Assembly: GCA_964427615.1 (NCBI GenBank)
Contig: CAYRUR010000003.1
Coordinates: forward strand, 44,062-108,061
DNA: 64,000 nt
Reading direction: 5' to 3'
Origin: an uncultured Gammaproteobacteria bacterium
GTDB taxonomy: Bacteria > Patescibacteriota > Microgenomatia > Levybacterales > GWA1-39-11
Below, piece after piece: positions 39,626 to 48,995 of this stretch. Under the pieces are notes generated by a model. It saw nothing but the letters and a program-made list of their open reading frames with translations, did no database searches and was not told the origin of the DNA. Made by a program: the position numbers and the translations under genes. Positions within the stretch are counted from its first letter, which is position 1. Each line of letters starts with the position of its first letter.

Positions 39626-40636
39626 ATGAATAATCCTTTGGAATGGGATGAAGCTGATTTGCTAAAATTAATAGAATTCAAAATTCAGGAGAGTTTAGAG
39701 TTAGATTATAAAGCATGTGGCGCTCTAGATAAACTGAATAATGGGAAAAAGAACATTGTTAAAGAAATAAGCAAAGATGTTTCTGCTTTTGCTAATTCAG
39801 CAGGTGGAGTAATTGTGTATGGTATTCTGGAAAAAGATAACTTACCCATTGATTTAGATATTGGTTTTGACCCTAAAATTATTTCAAGAGAATGGCTAGA
39901 GCAAGTTATAAACTCAAATATTCAAAGAAGAATAAGTGGAGTAAGGATTAATCAAATTGAACTAAGTGGAGAAAGAAAAGGTAGAGTTGCCTACGTAGTA
40001 TCGATTCCACAAAGCATACATGCACCACATCAGGCTGCAGATAAAATATTTTACAAAAGATTTAATTATCTATCTGTTGCAATGGAAGAGTATGAAATAA
40101 GGGACATATCTAGAAGGAATAGTTCTCCTGATCTCGAATTGGACGTTTTGTTGTATGGAAATGGAGATTTAGCAAAAGATACAAATGGTCATCCATTCAT
40201 TGAACTTCAAGGTCTTATAACAAACCTATCTCAAACTGCTGCTGAGTATGCTGTTATCTCTATATTTATAGATGATAGGTTAGAAATTAAAGAAACAGGA
40301 GGTATGAAGGATTATCCTACCTTCATGCCATTTGGTAATAATAAAACTCTATATGTAAACAGACTAGAGCTAGAATGGTACATACCACAAAAGATGCCAA
40401 TATTTAACGGCCACTCATATCACGTCACAGAAGATAGAAAGTTTATAAAGTTGAATTTACCAGCAAATGCATTTGAAATGAACGAAAAATTTCTACTTGC
40501 TTCCAACATAAAGGCTCCAGGTATGACCGAAAGATACAAAAAATATATTATTCAAATAAGCAAAGGTGTAGCTGAAATAAAAGAAGTCGAGGATATCAGC
40601 GAATATTTTTCAATTAAAAACTTACACTTAACCTAA
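39626..40636 (+). CDS. Schlafen/AlbA_2 domain protein
   Basis: ESLELDYK, KDVSAFANSAGGVIVYGI, APHQA, FYKR; beta-rich C-terminal domain. Confidence 0.85.
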   Translation: MNNPLEWDEADLLKLIEFKIQESLELDYKACGALDKLNNGKKNIVKEISKDVSAFANSAGGVIVYGILEKDNLPIDLDIGFDPKIISREWLEQVINSNIQRRISGVRINQIELSGERKGRVAYVVSIPQSIHAPHQAADKIFYKRFNYLSVAMEEYEIRDISRRNSSPDLELDVLLYGNGDLAKDTNGHPFIELQGLITNLSQTAAEYAVISIFIDDRLEIKETGGMKDYPTFMPFGNNKTLYVNRLELEWYIPQKMPIFNGHSYHVTEDRKFIKLNLPANAFEMNEKFLLASNIKAPGMTERYKKYIIQISKGVAEIKEVEDISEYFSIKNLHLT

Positions 40637-40761
40637 TTAGGTTAATTATCGAATCTCCATTTGAGGTAGTCTACCGAATGATGTTCAAACTTGCTTTAGT
40701 AGATAAAGATTGCATATAAGACATTCAACAAATTGAAACAGCAATGGAATAAATACGAAAC

Positions 40762-41322
40762 TTATACCGTCGTTTGTGTCGGGTCGAGGAGTACCCAATT
40801 ATTCGATACAGAAGGTTCGCTACAGAGATTGCGATTAAAACAACATGGCCTTCTCATTCCTTTGTTGAGTTTGGATAGTGCAACTTCAATATGCTTTTGG
40901 CGTGTTTCCGGAGTTTTGACAGCTCGTATCCAGCGAATCCAATCCCAACGTGCCATAGGAGTTATATCCAACCAAAGCGCTTGTGCCTTTGGGTGAGCAG
41001 CCAAGGCTTTTTGTAAATCATCAGGCACCTCAGGTTCTATCCATTCTTTCGTCGGTTCTAGCTCTACAGTAATCGTGTCGCCCACATCAGCATGAGCGTT
41101 ATCAAGCAACTTTTCATCAGGTCTGAACCAGTGACTCGATTTTTTCCCTGGTGCATACCTCCCATCCGGCTCAAGCAAGGCTTTAAAAGAAGCGCCATTG
41201 ATAGTTCCCTTAACCATTGTCATTCCTCGTGAGGGGAGTTTTGCACTCACTTCTGGAGGAAGCCTAAGAATGGTCCAAGAGCCGATTTTAAAAAGTTTTG
41301 TTTTAAAATGGATTTTTGACAT
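40762..41322 (-). CDS. DUF1905 + YdeI/OmpD-associated domain protein
   Basis: LPSRGMTMVKGTING; EVPDDLQKAL...WIRWIRAVKTPETR. Confidence 0.82.
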   Translation of the reverse strand: MSKIHFKTKLFKIGSWTILRLPPEVSAKLPSRGMTMVKGTINGASFKALLEPDGRYAPGKKSSHWFRPDEKLLDNAHADVGDTITVELEPTKEWIEPEVPDDLQKALAAHPKAQALWLDITPMARWDWIRWIRAVKTPETRQKHIEVALSKLNKGMRRPCCFNRNLCSEPSVSNNWVLLDPTQTTV

Positions 41323-41450
41323 ATCTCCTTGCTCCTTGATTGCTCTTATGGTATTTATTATACCAAGTCTTCACTTTTTGCTCGAAGACGACTATTTAAG
41401 ATTCTACATATGAAGAGATTATGACAAAGGTTGGAATTTGACCCCTTTTT

Positions 41451-42083
41451 TTACAACGAAGAACGAAATCCAATTAACACAAGAAAAATCACTGCTATTG
41501 CTGGAGTTAGCAACATTAGCAGAATATTAATTCCTAAGTTAGAAATAAGACTCCATGCAATGTCATCTCTCTTAAGCTTAAATAAAGATAATACAATTAT
41601 TAGGAAGACATTCCCCACTATCCAGATTAAATAACCGTACTTTAAAGATGTTAGATTTAAAAAGTGGGCTGCAATAATCTCAAGTGGGTTGTAGAAAATT
41701 GTACTCAGCTCACCTGAAAAAAGGATCCAAACAAGAAATAGTGTGCTGGTAACTAAGTAAGCTAGCAATAAGTTAGGAACAATACTCAATGCACTGTTCT
41801 CTCTCTTAAGTTTAAATAAAGATAATACAATTGTTAGAAAAATATTTCCCACCATCCAGCTTAGATAACCGTACTTAAAGGTCATTAGAATGAAAAAGTA
41901 GGCTACAATAATCATAAGTGGATCGTAGTTACCCAGATTACTCAGTTTATCCCGATCACCTGAAGAAAGCGTCCAGACAAAAGACATCCAGACAAGAGGT
42001 AGCGTGTTGGTAACTAAGTAAGCTAGCACCCCAAATTTAATATGTTTTAATATTCTTCTCACAGAATGTACATTATTATACAC
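41451..42083 (-). CDS. membrane protein with internal tandem duplication
   Basis: Two copies of LAYLVT...KYGYLxWxVGNxFLxIVLSLFKLKR. Confidence 0.65.
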   Translation of the reverse strand: MYNNVHSVRRILKHIKFGVLAYLVTNTLPLVWMSFVWTLSSGDRDKLSNLGNYDPLMIIVAYFFILMTFKYGYLSWMVGNIFLTIVLSLFKLKRENSALSIVPNLLLAYLVTSTLFLVWILFSGELSTIFYNPLEIIAAHFLNLTSLKYGYLIWIVGNVFLIIVLSLFKLKRDDIAWSLISNLGINILLMLLTPAIAVIFLVLIGFRSSL

Positions 42084-42138
42084 AAAATAGGGTAGATCAA
42101 GCTAAACTGGATTTTTACGGACTCAAAATGTAATTGTG

Positions 42139-42211
42139 GGTGGCTGACGGGATTCGAACCCGCGGCCGCCGGTACCACAAACCGGTGCTCTACCGCTGAG
42201 CTACAGCCACC
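42139..42211 (-). tRNA. tRNA-His (GTG)
   Basis: Encoded G-1, GTGGCTG/CAGCCAC acceptor, CCGGT-TT-GTG-GT-ACCGG type anticodon arm, C discriminator. Confidence 0.95.
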
Positions 42212-42264
42212 ATGCAGATCTCATGTATTATACAAAAAATGAGGGTGAATTACTACAAATGGGG

Positions 42265-42942
42265 TTAGCCAACAATTTCTCCTTCTATGTATCCTCTTTC
42301 TTTTTTATCTTTCATAGCCCTTGCATACAGTACTCCGACTACAAAGCCTGCTATATGTGCCCAGAAAGCAATTCCTCCTTCTTCTCCCATTCCCATCTGT
42401 AGTGAAAATGCACCTGAGATAAGTTGGATAAAAAACCAGTAAAAAAGATATAAAACTGCCGGAATCTCTACAATAGTAATAAAGAAAAAGATAATTAAAA
42501 GCGTCTTTATGCGCGAGTGAGGAAAAAGTATATAGTAAGCTCCCAATACTCCTGAAACAGCACCAGATGCACCCAGCATTGGAATAGGGGAGTCTGTCAT
42601 CAGAAAAAACTGGGTAAGATTACCAATAATGCCTGCAACCAGAAAGAATAATAAAAAGCGAATTTTACCAAAATAATCCTCTACATCATCTCCAAAAATC
42701 CATAAAAACCACATATTAGATATGATATGCAAAATAGAACCATGCAAAAACATGGCTGTAACAAATGGAATAAGAGATGAAAAGTCAGCAAAATTTACTT
42801 TCTGAGGGGTAAGCGCATATTGCAGCGTGAATGTCTCAGGAGACGTAATTTGAAAGTAATACAGTACTGCATTGATTATGATAAAAAAGATAGTAAGAAT
42901 GGGAAATGAACGTGATTTTACAGAATCAGAAATCGGGAACAT
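42265..42942 (-). CDS. rhomboid family intramembrane serine protease
   Basis: HIISNM, GASGAVSG, AHIAG. Confidence 0.93.
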   Translation of the reverse strand: MFPISDSVKSRSFPILTIFFIIINAVLYYFQITSPETFTLQYALTPQKVNFADFSSLIPFVTAMFLHGSILHIISNMWFLWIFGDDVEDYFGKIRFLLFFLVAGIIGNLTQFFLMTDSPIPMLGASGAVSGVLGAYYILFPHSRIKTLLIIFFFITIVEIPAVLYLFYWFFIQLISGAFSLQMGMGEEGGIAFWAHIAGFVVGVLYARAMKDKKERGYIEGEIVG

Positions 42943-43081
42943 ATTTTATTTAGCAATTGTATCAGTGAAGAGAAAAATTGGCAATTTATTAGGGTAATAG
43001 ATACGTAAGAATGCGCTTTATTATTCAAACTAAACGTAAACTATAACTGGTAAAATAAGGCTTTAAATTATATCTGGCGAA

Positions 43082-43105
43082 GCCAGGTGCAGACTTGTAC
43101 CTGGC
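43082..43105 (-). terminator. hairpin at the 3' end of tRNA-Arg(TCT)
   Basis: GCCAGGTGCA-GACT-TGTACCTGGC. Confidence 0.45.
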
Positions 43106-43177
43106 GCCCCTGGAGGGAATCGAACCCCCAACCTTTTCCTTAGAAGGGAACTGCTCTGTCCGTTGAGCTACAGAGGC
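43102..43177 (-). tRNA. tRNA-Arg (TCT)
   Basis: GCCTCTG/CAGGGGC acceptor, loop CTTCTAA, GGTTCGATTCC, encoded CCA. Confidence 0.93.
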
Positions 43178-43214
43178 GAATGTACGGAGATAGGATATAC
43201 CAAAAATATAACCT

Positions 43215-43457
43215 ATGTCAAGCTCAACGGATTATAACAATAAGCAAAACAGAAAACAACCCATAGCATGGGGAGACCTATCAAAAGAACAGCAAAACAT
43301 CATTATTGATCTTCTTTCCTTGGTTAAGATTATTAACAAATTCGCTGCTACCTCTGACTTTGCAGAGAAGTTTTCTACTCATTCACAAACAATAGAATAT
43401 CAGGCCAGAAAAAGAATAAATGCCTACGAAAAGGCTAGAAAGGAAACGATTAAATAA
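43215..43457 (+). CDS. phage hypothetical protein
   Basis: First ORF of the phage-like run; start overlaps the -35 (TTGACA, minus strand) of the tRNA promoter. Confidence 0.55.
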   Translation: MSSSTDYNNKQNRKQPIAWGDLSKEQQNIIIDLLSLVKIINKFAATSDFAEKFSTHSQTIEYQARKRINAYEKARKETIK

Positions 43458-43458
43458 T

Positions 43459-44106
43459 ATGAAGCCTAAGTACATGAGAAGTATAGGTGGTAGTAGGGAA
43501 AGATTCGTAGAGTTTATGCTCGATACTCCATACCCATTAATCATATTCTTTTTCCTAGCTCTTATAGCTGCAGCTATCGTAAGAGGCATTACCTTACATG
43601 AAGAGGGACTAGTAAAGAGTGCAGAAGCACAAGAGTTGCTAAGTCCTATTCCAACACCAACCATAACACCAACTCCTACTGCAACGCCTACACCTACAGA
43701 AGAACCTAAGAATGAGAGGGTTCAAAAGTTGAAGAGCTTTTTGATAGAGCAAAAATCACCTCTTGCTCCTTATGCAGAACTGATTGTAGAGCAAGCAGAT
43801 AAATATGACATCTCATGGACATTAGCAACATCCATCTCTGGTAAGGAGTCATCTTTCGGTAAAGAGATTAAACCAGGATCTTACAACGCATGGGGAGTGA
43901 TGGCATGGGACGCAAACGGTAAGAGATATATTAGAAGCTTTAACTCATGGGAAGAAGGAATTATTTTTGAAACTAAGCTTATCTCTAAACATTATAGAGA
44001 GAACATGAACAAGGCTATACAAGAAAAATACTGCCCTAGCTTTGAATGCTCACCAACATGGGTACAGACCGTAACAGAATTTCAGGAGGCTATCAACAAT
44101 GAATAA
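43459..44106 (+). CDS. membrane-anchored lysozyme-like (glucosaminidase-type) protein with Pro/Thr linker
   Basis: TM helix, PTPTITPTPTATPTPT, ISGKESSFGK, YNAWG, SFNSWEEGI. Confidence 0.7.
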   Translation: MKPKYMRSIGGSRERFVEFMLDTPYPLIIFFFLALIAAAIVRGITLHEEGLVKSAEAQELLSPIPTPTITPTPTATPTPTEEPKNERVQKLKSFLIEQKSPLAPYAELIVEQADKYDISWTLATSISGKESSFGKEIKPGSYNAWGVMAWDANGKRYIRSFNSWEEGIIFETKLISKHYRENMNKAIQEKYCPSFECSPTWVQTVTEFQEAINNE

Positions 44107-44243
44107 ATTTATAGAAATTACAGAAATAATGAACAGACTTATCGCAAGCACAAAACTAGATTTAATTAAGAGTTGGGTTCTTCTTAATCAAAGTCTAGAA
44201 GTCTTACCAGAAGTAAGGCACGGCTTAGAGGAGGATGCAGAAA

Positions 44244-44465
44244 ATGAATGATAAAGATTTTTACGATACTACATTTTTATACGACACGCTCTATTTATTA
44301 GAGAATCATTTAACTGATTTAACTCAGTGGAGTGTATATAACGAAGACGTATGTGAGGAAGACATTTTAGAGTTGAGAGAAAAATTTGAACAAGTAAAGA
44401 AAATACTCTTTTTAGTAGGAAAAACGCTTGATAGTGATACTGAAATGGAAGGAGAAAATGAATAA
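44244..44465 (+). CDS. phage hypothetical protein
   Basis: Overlapping start/stop chain; GAGGAGG SD. Confidence 0.6.
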   Translation: MNDKDFYDTTFLYDTLYLLENHLTDLTQWSVYNEDVCEEDILELREKFEQVKKILFLVGKTLDSDTEMEGENE

Positions 44466-44670
44466 AAAACTTATAACAATCAAACTGATGGACCGTATTA
44501 GTGAGATTTATGACGACCAAAGAATTACTGCTGAGGAGGCACTAGACCTGATGCACATGGTATCGGAGTTATCCCGACTGGCACAGCACAAAGGCATAGA
44601 CGGACTGAACGGCGAGGAAGAAGCCAAACCACTGGCCTCAATTAGTCAGGAAGGGGGAAGGGTTTTATGA
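44458..44670 (+). CDS. phage hypothetical protein
   Basis: SD GAAGGAG; coupled to YopX. Confidence 0.6.
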   Translation: MNKKLITIKLMDRISEIYDDQRITAEEALDLMHMVSELSRLAQHKGIDGLNGEEEAKPLASISQEGGRVL

Positions 44671-45227
44671 GAGAAATCAAGTTTAGAGCGTGGGATAAAA
44701 AAACAAAACAGATTATTAAATATGTTACTCCGATAAATAATGAGTGGTGTATCACCTTTGTTAATAGATTTGGGATGACCGATACTTTTGACGGGGACTT
44801 GGAGTATATGCAATACACCGGCCTCAAGGACAAGAATGGGAAAGAGATATATGAAGGGGATATTGTGCGAGTCAAGCACGGTATCGGAGACGATGGAGAG
44901 GACTACTACTCAGAGGGATACTATCAGGTTTTTATAAGTAGCCTTTACGGGATCGAGTTGCGTTTTAAGCGGTTGATCAATAAGGATAAGCGAAATCAGT
45001 ACCCTATCTACACCACTCTCAGCTCTTATTACAACTCATTGGGTATTGATTATATGAGTCAATCCTTTGATCAGTTGGCAGTTTTGGGTACGTGGGGGGA
45101 GAACCATATTTCAGGCAATAGATGGAAGGAGAATCACTATTCAAACGACATTAAGGTCATTGGCAACATCTACGAGAACCCAGAGTTATCTAATAGCACA
45201 GAAGCATACGTAAGAGAAGAAAAATAG
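44667..45227 (+). CDS. YopX family phage protein
   Basis: MREIKFRAWD, MQYTGLKDKNGKEIYEGDI, VIGNIYENPEL. Confidence 0.92.
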   Translation: MREIKFRAWDKKTKQIIKYVTPINNEWCITFVNRFGMTDTFDGDLEYMQYTGLKDKNGKEIYEGDIVRVKHGIGDDGEDYYSEGYYQVFISSLYGIELRFKRLINKDKRNQYPIYTTLSSYYNSLGIDYMSQSFDQLAVLGTWGENHISGNRWKENHYSNDIKVIGNIYENPELSNSTEAYVREEK

Positions 45228-45310
45228 TATGGACAATTATCAGAATTATCGCAATTTAGGAGAATACGACAACATCGACACTGATGAGTGTGAAGATGAA
45301 GGAGAAGATC

Positions 45311-46195
45311 ATGAGTAACTTATCAATTACACAATACGTAAACAACGACATTATCTTGAAAAACATTCAAGATGTTTTAAAAGACAGAACACCACAGTTT
45401 ATAACCTCTGTTGTGTCTTTAGTAAACAGCAGTGATGCATTAAAAGAGGCTGATAAAAAATCAGTACTAGGTGCATGTTTAACTGCAGCATCTTTGAATT
45501 TGCCAATTAACCAAAATCTGGGCTATGCCTATATCATTCCTTACAAAGATAACAAAAAAGGCGTAACAGTAGCTCAATTCCAGATGGGCTACAAAGGGTA
45601 TATCCAGCTCGCTATGAGAAGCGGACAATTTCAAACACTGAATGTTACAGACGTAAGAGAAGGAGAACTTAAAGAAGTAGATAGATTATCAGGGGAAATG
45701 AAATTTGAATGGGCTACTGAGAAAAGAGATTCACTTCCTGTTGTTGGGTATGTTGGCTACTTCAGACTTATAAACGGATTTGAGAAAAAGCTATATATGA
45801 CATCTGAGGAATTAAAAAAGCATGGTGTTAGATTCTCAAGCTCATATAAGAGGGGTTACGGACTCTGGAAAGATGACTTTGATGCAATGGCTAAAAAGAC
45901 GGTTATCAAGCTTCTGTTATCGAAATACGCTCCCATGAATACAGAGATGACTCAAGCTCAGGAAGCAGATCAAGCTTTAGTAACTGATAACGGATATGAG
46001 TATATCGATAACCAGAAACTTACTCCTGAAGAAGAAGCAGATATCAAAGAAAAGGAAAGAATAAAGAAGTTTATAACAGAAGCAAAAACACTTAAAAATC
46101 TAGAAGCTTGCAACACTGCTGTATATGACTCAACAGACCAAGAATTAATTGACATGTATGAAGCAAGAGTGAAGGAATTGGAGGGTAAAAAATAA
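45311..46195 (+). CDS. recT: RecT family single-strand annealing protein
   Basis: AASLNLPINQNLGYAYIIPY, QFQMGYKGYIQLAMRSG, FDAMAKKTV. Confidence 0.92.
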   Translation: MSNLSITQYVNNDIILKNIQDVLKDRTPQFITSVVSLVNSSDALKEADKKSVLGACLTAASLNLPINQNLGYAYIIPYKDNKKGVTVAQFQMGYKGYIQLAMRSGQFQTLNVTDVREGELKEVDRLSGEMKFEWATEKRDSLPVVGYVGYFRLINGFEKKLYMTSEELKKHGVRFSSSYKRGYGLWKDDFDAMAKKTVIKLLLSKYAPMNTEMTQAQEADQALVTDNGYEYIDNQKLTPEEEADIKEKERIKKFITEAKTLKNLEACNTAVYDSTDQELIDMYEARVKELEGKK

Positions 46196-46279
46196 TGGAC
46201 CACGATAGGTACTTAGAAATTGAGGCAGAAAGATTTACAGGAGAATATTACGACTTAGGTGATGAGGAGGAAGAAAATA

Positions 46280-46489
46280 ATGAATAACTACTATTTTACA
46301 TTTGGACAAGTACATACACATTCTGTAAACGGAAAAACATTTGATAAGGACTGCGTGGTTTCAATAAAAGCTGGTTCTAGTGACTCAGCTCGTAGAAAAA
46401 TGTTTGATACGTTTGGACAGAAATGGGCTTCTCAATATGAAACTCAACCAGATATGAGATTTTACCCAGGAGGAATAATAACACTATGA
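46280..46489 (+). CDS. phage hypothetical protein
   Basis: YYFTFGQVH...KWASQY. Confidence 0.65.
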   Translation: MNNYYFTFGQVHTHSVNGKTFDKDCVVSIKAGSSDSARRKMFDTFGQKWASQYETQPDMRFYPGGIITL

Positions 46490-47175
46490 ACACAATAGAC
46501 TTTACAAATTACAAATTCAGATCAAGCTCTTTACCTAACTTAATGGTTAAATCTCGCAGTAAATCAGATCCTTTATCTGAGACTACTAAAGCATATCTTA
46601 GAGAACTATGGATTAAAGAAATGTTTAAGCGTGAGAAGTACGACACAAAAAACAAGTTTACCGATAAAGGCATTGCTTGTGAGTCAGATAGTCTTGATTT
46701 AGTACAAATCGTTACTAAACAGACTTACTTTAAAAACAGAAAGGAACTATCAAATGATTTCATTACTGGCACACCTGATGTTATTTTAGAAGACTCAATT
46801 ATCGATATTAAAACTTCTTGGGATATCTGGACATATGGTAGCACCACAGAGGACAGCGCTAGAAAGACATACTACTATCAACTCTTAGGGTACATGTGGC
46901 TTACCAATACTAAAAAAGCAAGCCTTATGTACTGCCTAGTAAACACGCCAGAGGATATCATGAATGATGAGTTATATCGCTTGAGTTTTAGATATCCAGA
47001 AATTAATGAAAGTGATGAAAAGGCCAATAAGTACAAAAGAAACTATATCTTTGATGATATAGATCACACTCTGAGACTTAAAAAATATGACTTTGAATTT
47101 GTAGAAGAAGATATCAACGAATTGCAAAACAAAATTGTACTTGCCCGTGAGTACATGAATGGTTTGAGTTTGTAG
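46486..47175 (+). CDS. PD-(D/E)XK exonuclease (YqaJ/lambda-exo-like partner of RecT)
   Basis: FRSSSL, KGIACE, GTPD, IDIKTSW, YYYQLLGYM. Confidence 0.82.
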   Translation: MNTIDFTNYKFRSSSLPNLMVKSRSKSDPLSETTKAYLRELWIKEMFKREKYDTKNKFTDKGIACESDSLDLVQIVTKQTYFKNRKELSNDFITGTPDVILEDSIIDIKTSWDIWTYGSTTEDSARKTYYYQLLGYMWLTNTKKASLMYCLVNTPEDIMNDELYRLSFRYPEINESDEKANKYKRNYIFDDIDHTLRLKKYDFEFVEEDINELQNKIVLAREYMNGLSL

Positions 47176-47214
47176 ATTTATAAAAACTGTCCTAGCTTTT
47201 TTGGGAAGCTAAAT

Positions 47215-47484
47215 ATGAATAACTTGCCGCCACTCAGAGGTAAACAAAAAGTAATTTACCGTCTCATTCAAGAGGCGGGAGAAAAGGGAATTAACGCTAA
47301 TGACCTTAGACGTACTACCTATACTGTAGACGTGCCTAAAGTTGTATCAGAGTTAAACAAGAAAGGGTACAGCATTTTCTCTAAAAGAGAGAAAGACGGC
47401 ACAGCAACTTATTCACTTACCACACTTCCACAGAAGCCTAGAACGTATATTTTTGAAGGTAATAGGGCTATACCTATTTATTAA
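47215..47484 (+). CDS. winged-helix DNA-binding protein
   Basis: VVSELNKKGYSI...ATYSL, wHTH-like pattern. Confidence 0.6.
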   Translation: MNNLPPLRGKQKVIYRLIQEAGEKGINANDLRRTTYTVDVPKVVSELNKKGYSIFSKREKDGTATYSLTTLPQKPRTYIFEGNRAIPIY

Positions 47485-47486
47485 AT

Positions 47487-48356
47487 ATGAAATGGTTTAA
47501 ACACGAAGCAGACGCTTCACAAAATAAAAAGGTCAGAAAGTTGAAGAGAATGTACGGGGCTGAAGGCTATGCAGTATATTTTCAAATCGCTGAGTTTATA
47601 GCAGAAGACATTGAAAAAGACAATGTTAATGATTGGGGATTCTTACCTCATGAGTATGACGATATGGAATTCTTAGCAGATGAAGTAGGTATAGAAGATG
47701 TGGAGAAATTAAAAGAAATTATAGAGTTCTGCTGCAGCAATCCAGTGAATTTATTTGAGAAAAGAGAGGGAAGAATTTATTGTGAAAGAGTATTAGAACA
47801 GGCAGATGAATATACTCAGAAATTAATTAAACAAGCGAAAGGTAATTTAGGTGAAAAATCGGGAGAAAGTGAGGCTAAAGAAGAGACTGAATCAGAAGTG
47901 AATCGGGATAGTATCGGGAGTAAATCGGGAGACAATCAAGAGTCAGTCGGGCATAAGAAGAAGAAAGAGAAAGAGAATCAGAATGAGAAAAAGAAAGAGA
48001 ATGAAAAAGAAGAAAAGGATTTAAAAAAATCCATTGCTTATTTGTCTAGTTTTCCTTTAGAAGATTTTGCAGAGATTGATATTACGGAAAAACAACTGAG
48101 ATTAGAGGCTCAAAAAGCGCTCAACTGGCTCAAGTCAGAAGGCAAAAGAAAGAAAGATTATCAAGCATTTTTTGTTAATTGGATTCTAAGAAACTACAAA
48201 ATGAAGTCAGAGGTAGTACTTTTCCCTGAGCATAAAAAAGTTCCACCAGAACAGCGAGTCTCAAACGAAAAAATGCAACAGCTCAGGCAACAGTTAACAG
48301 GAATCGCAAAATCTAAGTCAGTCAATGGAGAGGAGGTGAAAAACAATGGAGGATAA
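47487..48356 (+). CDS. phage replication initiator (DUF4373/Lin1244-like N-terminus)
   Basis: MKWFKHEADA...YGAEGYAVYF; central iterons; K/E-rich linker; C-terminal KDYQAFFVNW. Confidence 0.78.
   Translation: MKWFKHEADASQNKKVRKLKRMYGAEGYAVYFQIAEFIAEDIEKDNVNDWGFLPHEYDDMEFLADEVGIEDVEKLKEIIEFCCSNPVNLFEKREGRIYCERVLEQADEYTQKLIKQAKGNLGEKSGESEAKEETESEVNRDSIGSKSGDNQESVGHKKKKEKENQNEKKKENEKEEKDLKKSIAYLSSFPLEDFAEIDITEKQLRLEAQKALNWLKSEGKRKKDYQAFFVNWILRNYKMKSEVVLFPEHKKVPPEQRVSNEKMQQLRQQLTGIAKSKSVNGEEVKNNGG
47858..48020. other. probable phage replication origin inside the initiator gene
   Basis: ATCGGGA at 47858, 47902, 47913, 47924 with degenerate copies at 47891, 47935, 47946 (11-bp phase), followed by an A/purine-rich tract. 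Confidence 0.72.
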
Positions 48357-48492
48357 ACAGATTATACGAGTAGTGGAAGCAGCCCCTGAGTATCAGAAAA
48401 AGATGTCTTGGGGAGGAGTAACCAAAAACGGTTATATCCACTACGAGTTATCTAACGGAGAAAAAGTAACTGCACCGTTACAAAAGAAATAA
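48346..48492 (+). CDS. small phage protein
   Basis: Strong SD AGGAGGTG; 48 aa. Confidence 0.55.
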   Translation: MEDKQIIRVVEAAPEYQKKMSWGGVTKNGYIHYELSNGEKVTAPLQKK

Positions 48493-48539
48493 AGCAGTCT
48501 TAGGCAGACTAGTAAATGAAAGGAGGTGAAAATAAAAAT

Positions 48540-48821
48540 ATGAAAAGTAAAAAAACAAGTAAAACAAAAAAAATAGAGAAAGTTGAAGAAAAAGTTCAGA
48601 AAGAAAAACCAGTGAGATTTATTGTTACTGGTGCAAAAACTAAAGACTCTTATTTTAGATACGCTTTTTTTGAACCAGTAAGCGAGACATATGGATTCTC
48701 TACCAAAGAAAAGCTTCTTAAGTGGCTTGAGAATGAATGTTCTAACCCTAGAGAAGTAGAAATCTACTCAGTAGGCGAAAGACTTAGTGTAAAAGGAAAC
48801 TTTGAGTTGGTCTTGAAGTAG
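48540..48821 (+). CDS. phage hypothetical protein
   Basis: SD AAAGGAGGTG. Confidence 0.65.
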   Translation: MKSKKTSKTKKIEKVEEKVQKEKPVRFIVTGAKTKDSYFRYAFFEPVSETYGFSTKEKLLKWLENECSNPREVEIYSVGERLSVKGNFELVLK

Positions 48822-48995
48822 ATTATCTCTTGTTCGTTGGCTTGAAGGCGTAGGCAGCTTCAGGCTAACAAAGAATAGATAACAAAAACATATGAATAAA
48901 GAAGATTTAATTGTTTTATTAATTGTAACAGCAGGCTATATAGCCTCAGTGATATTGTTTGGGTACTTTGTGCTGTCGGGAGGGAAATTTTAAAG

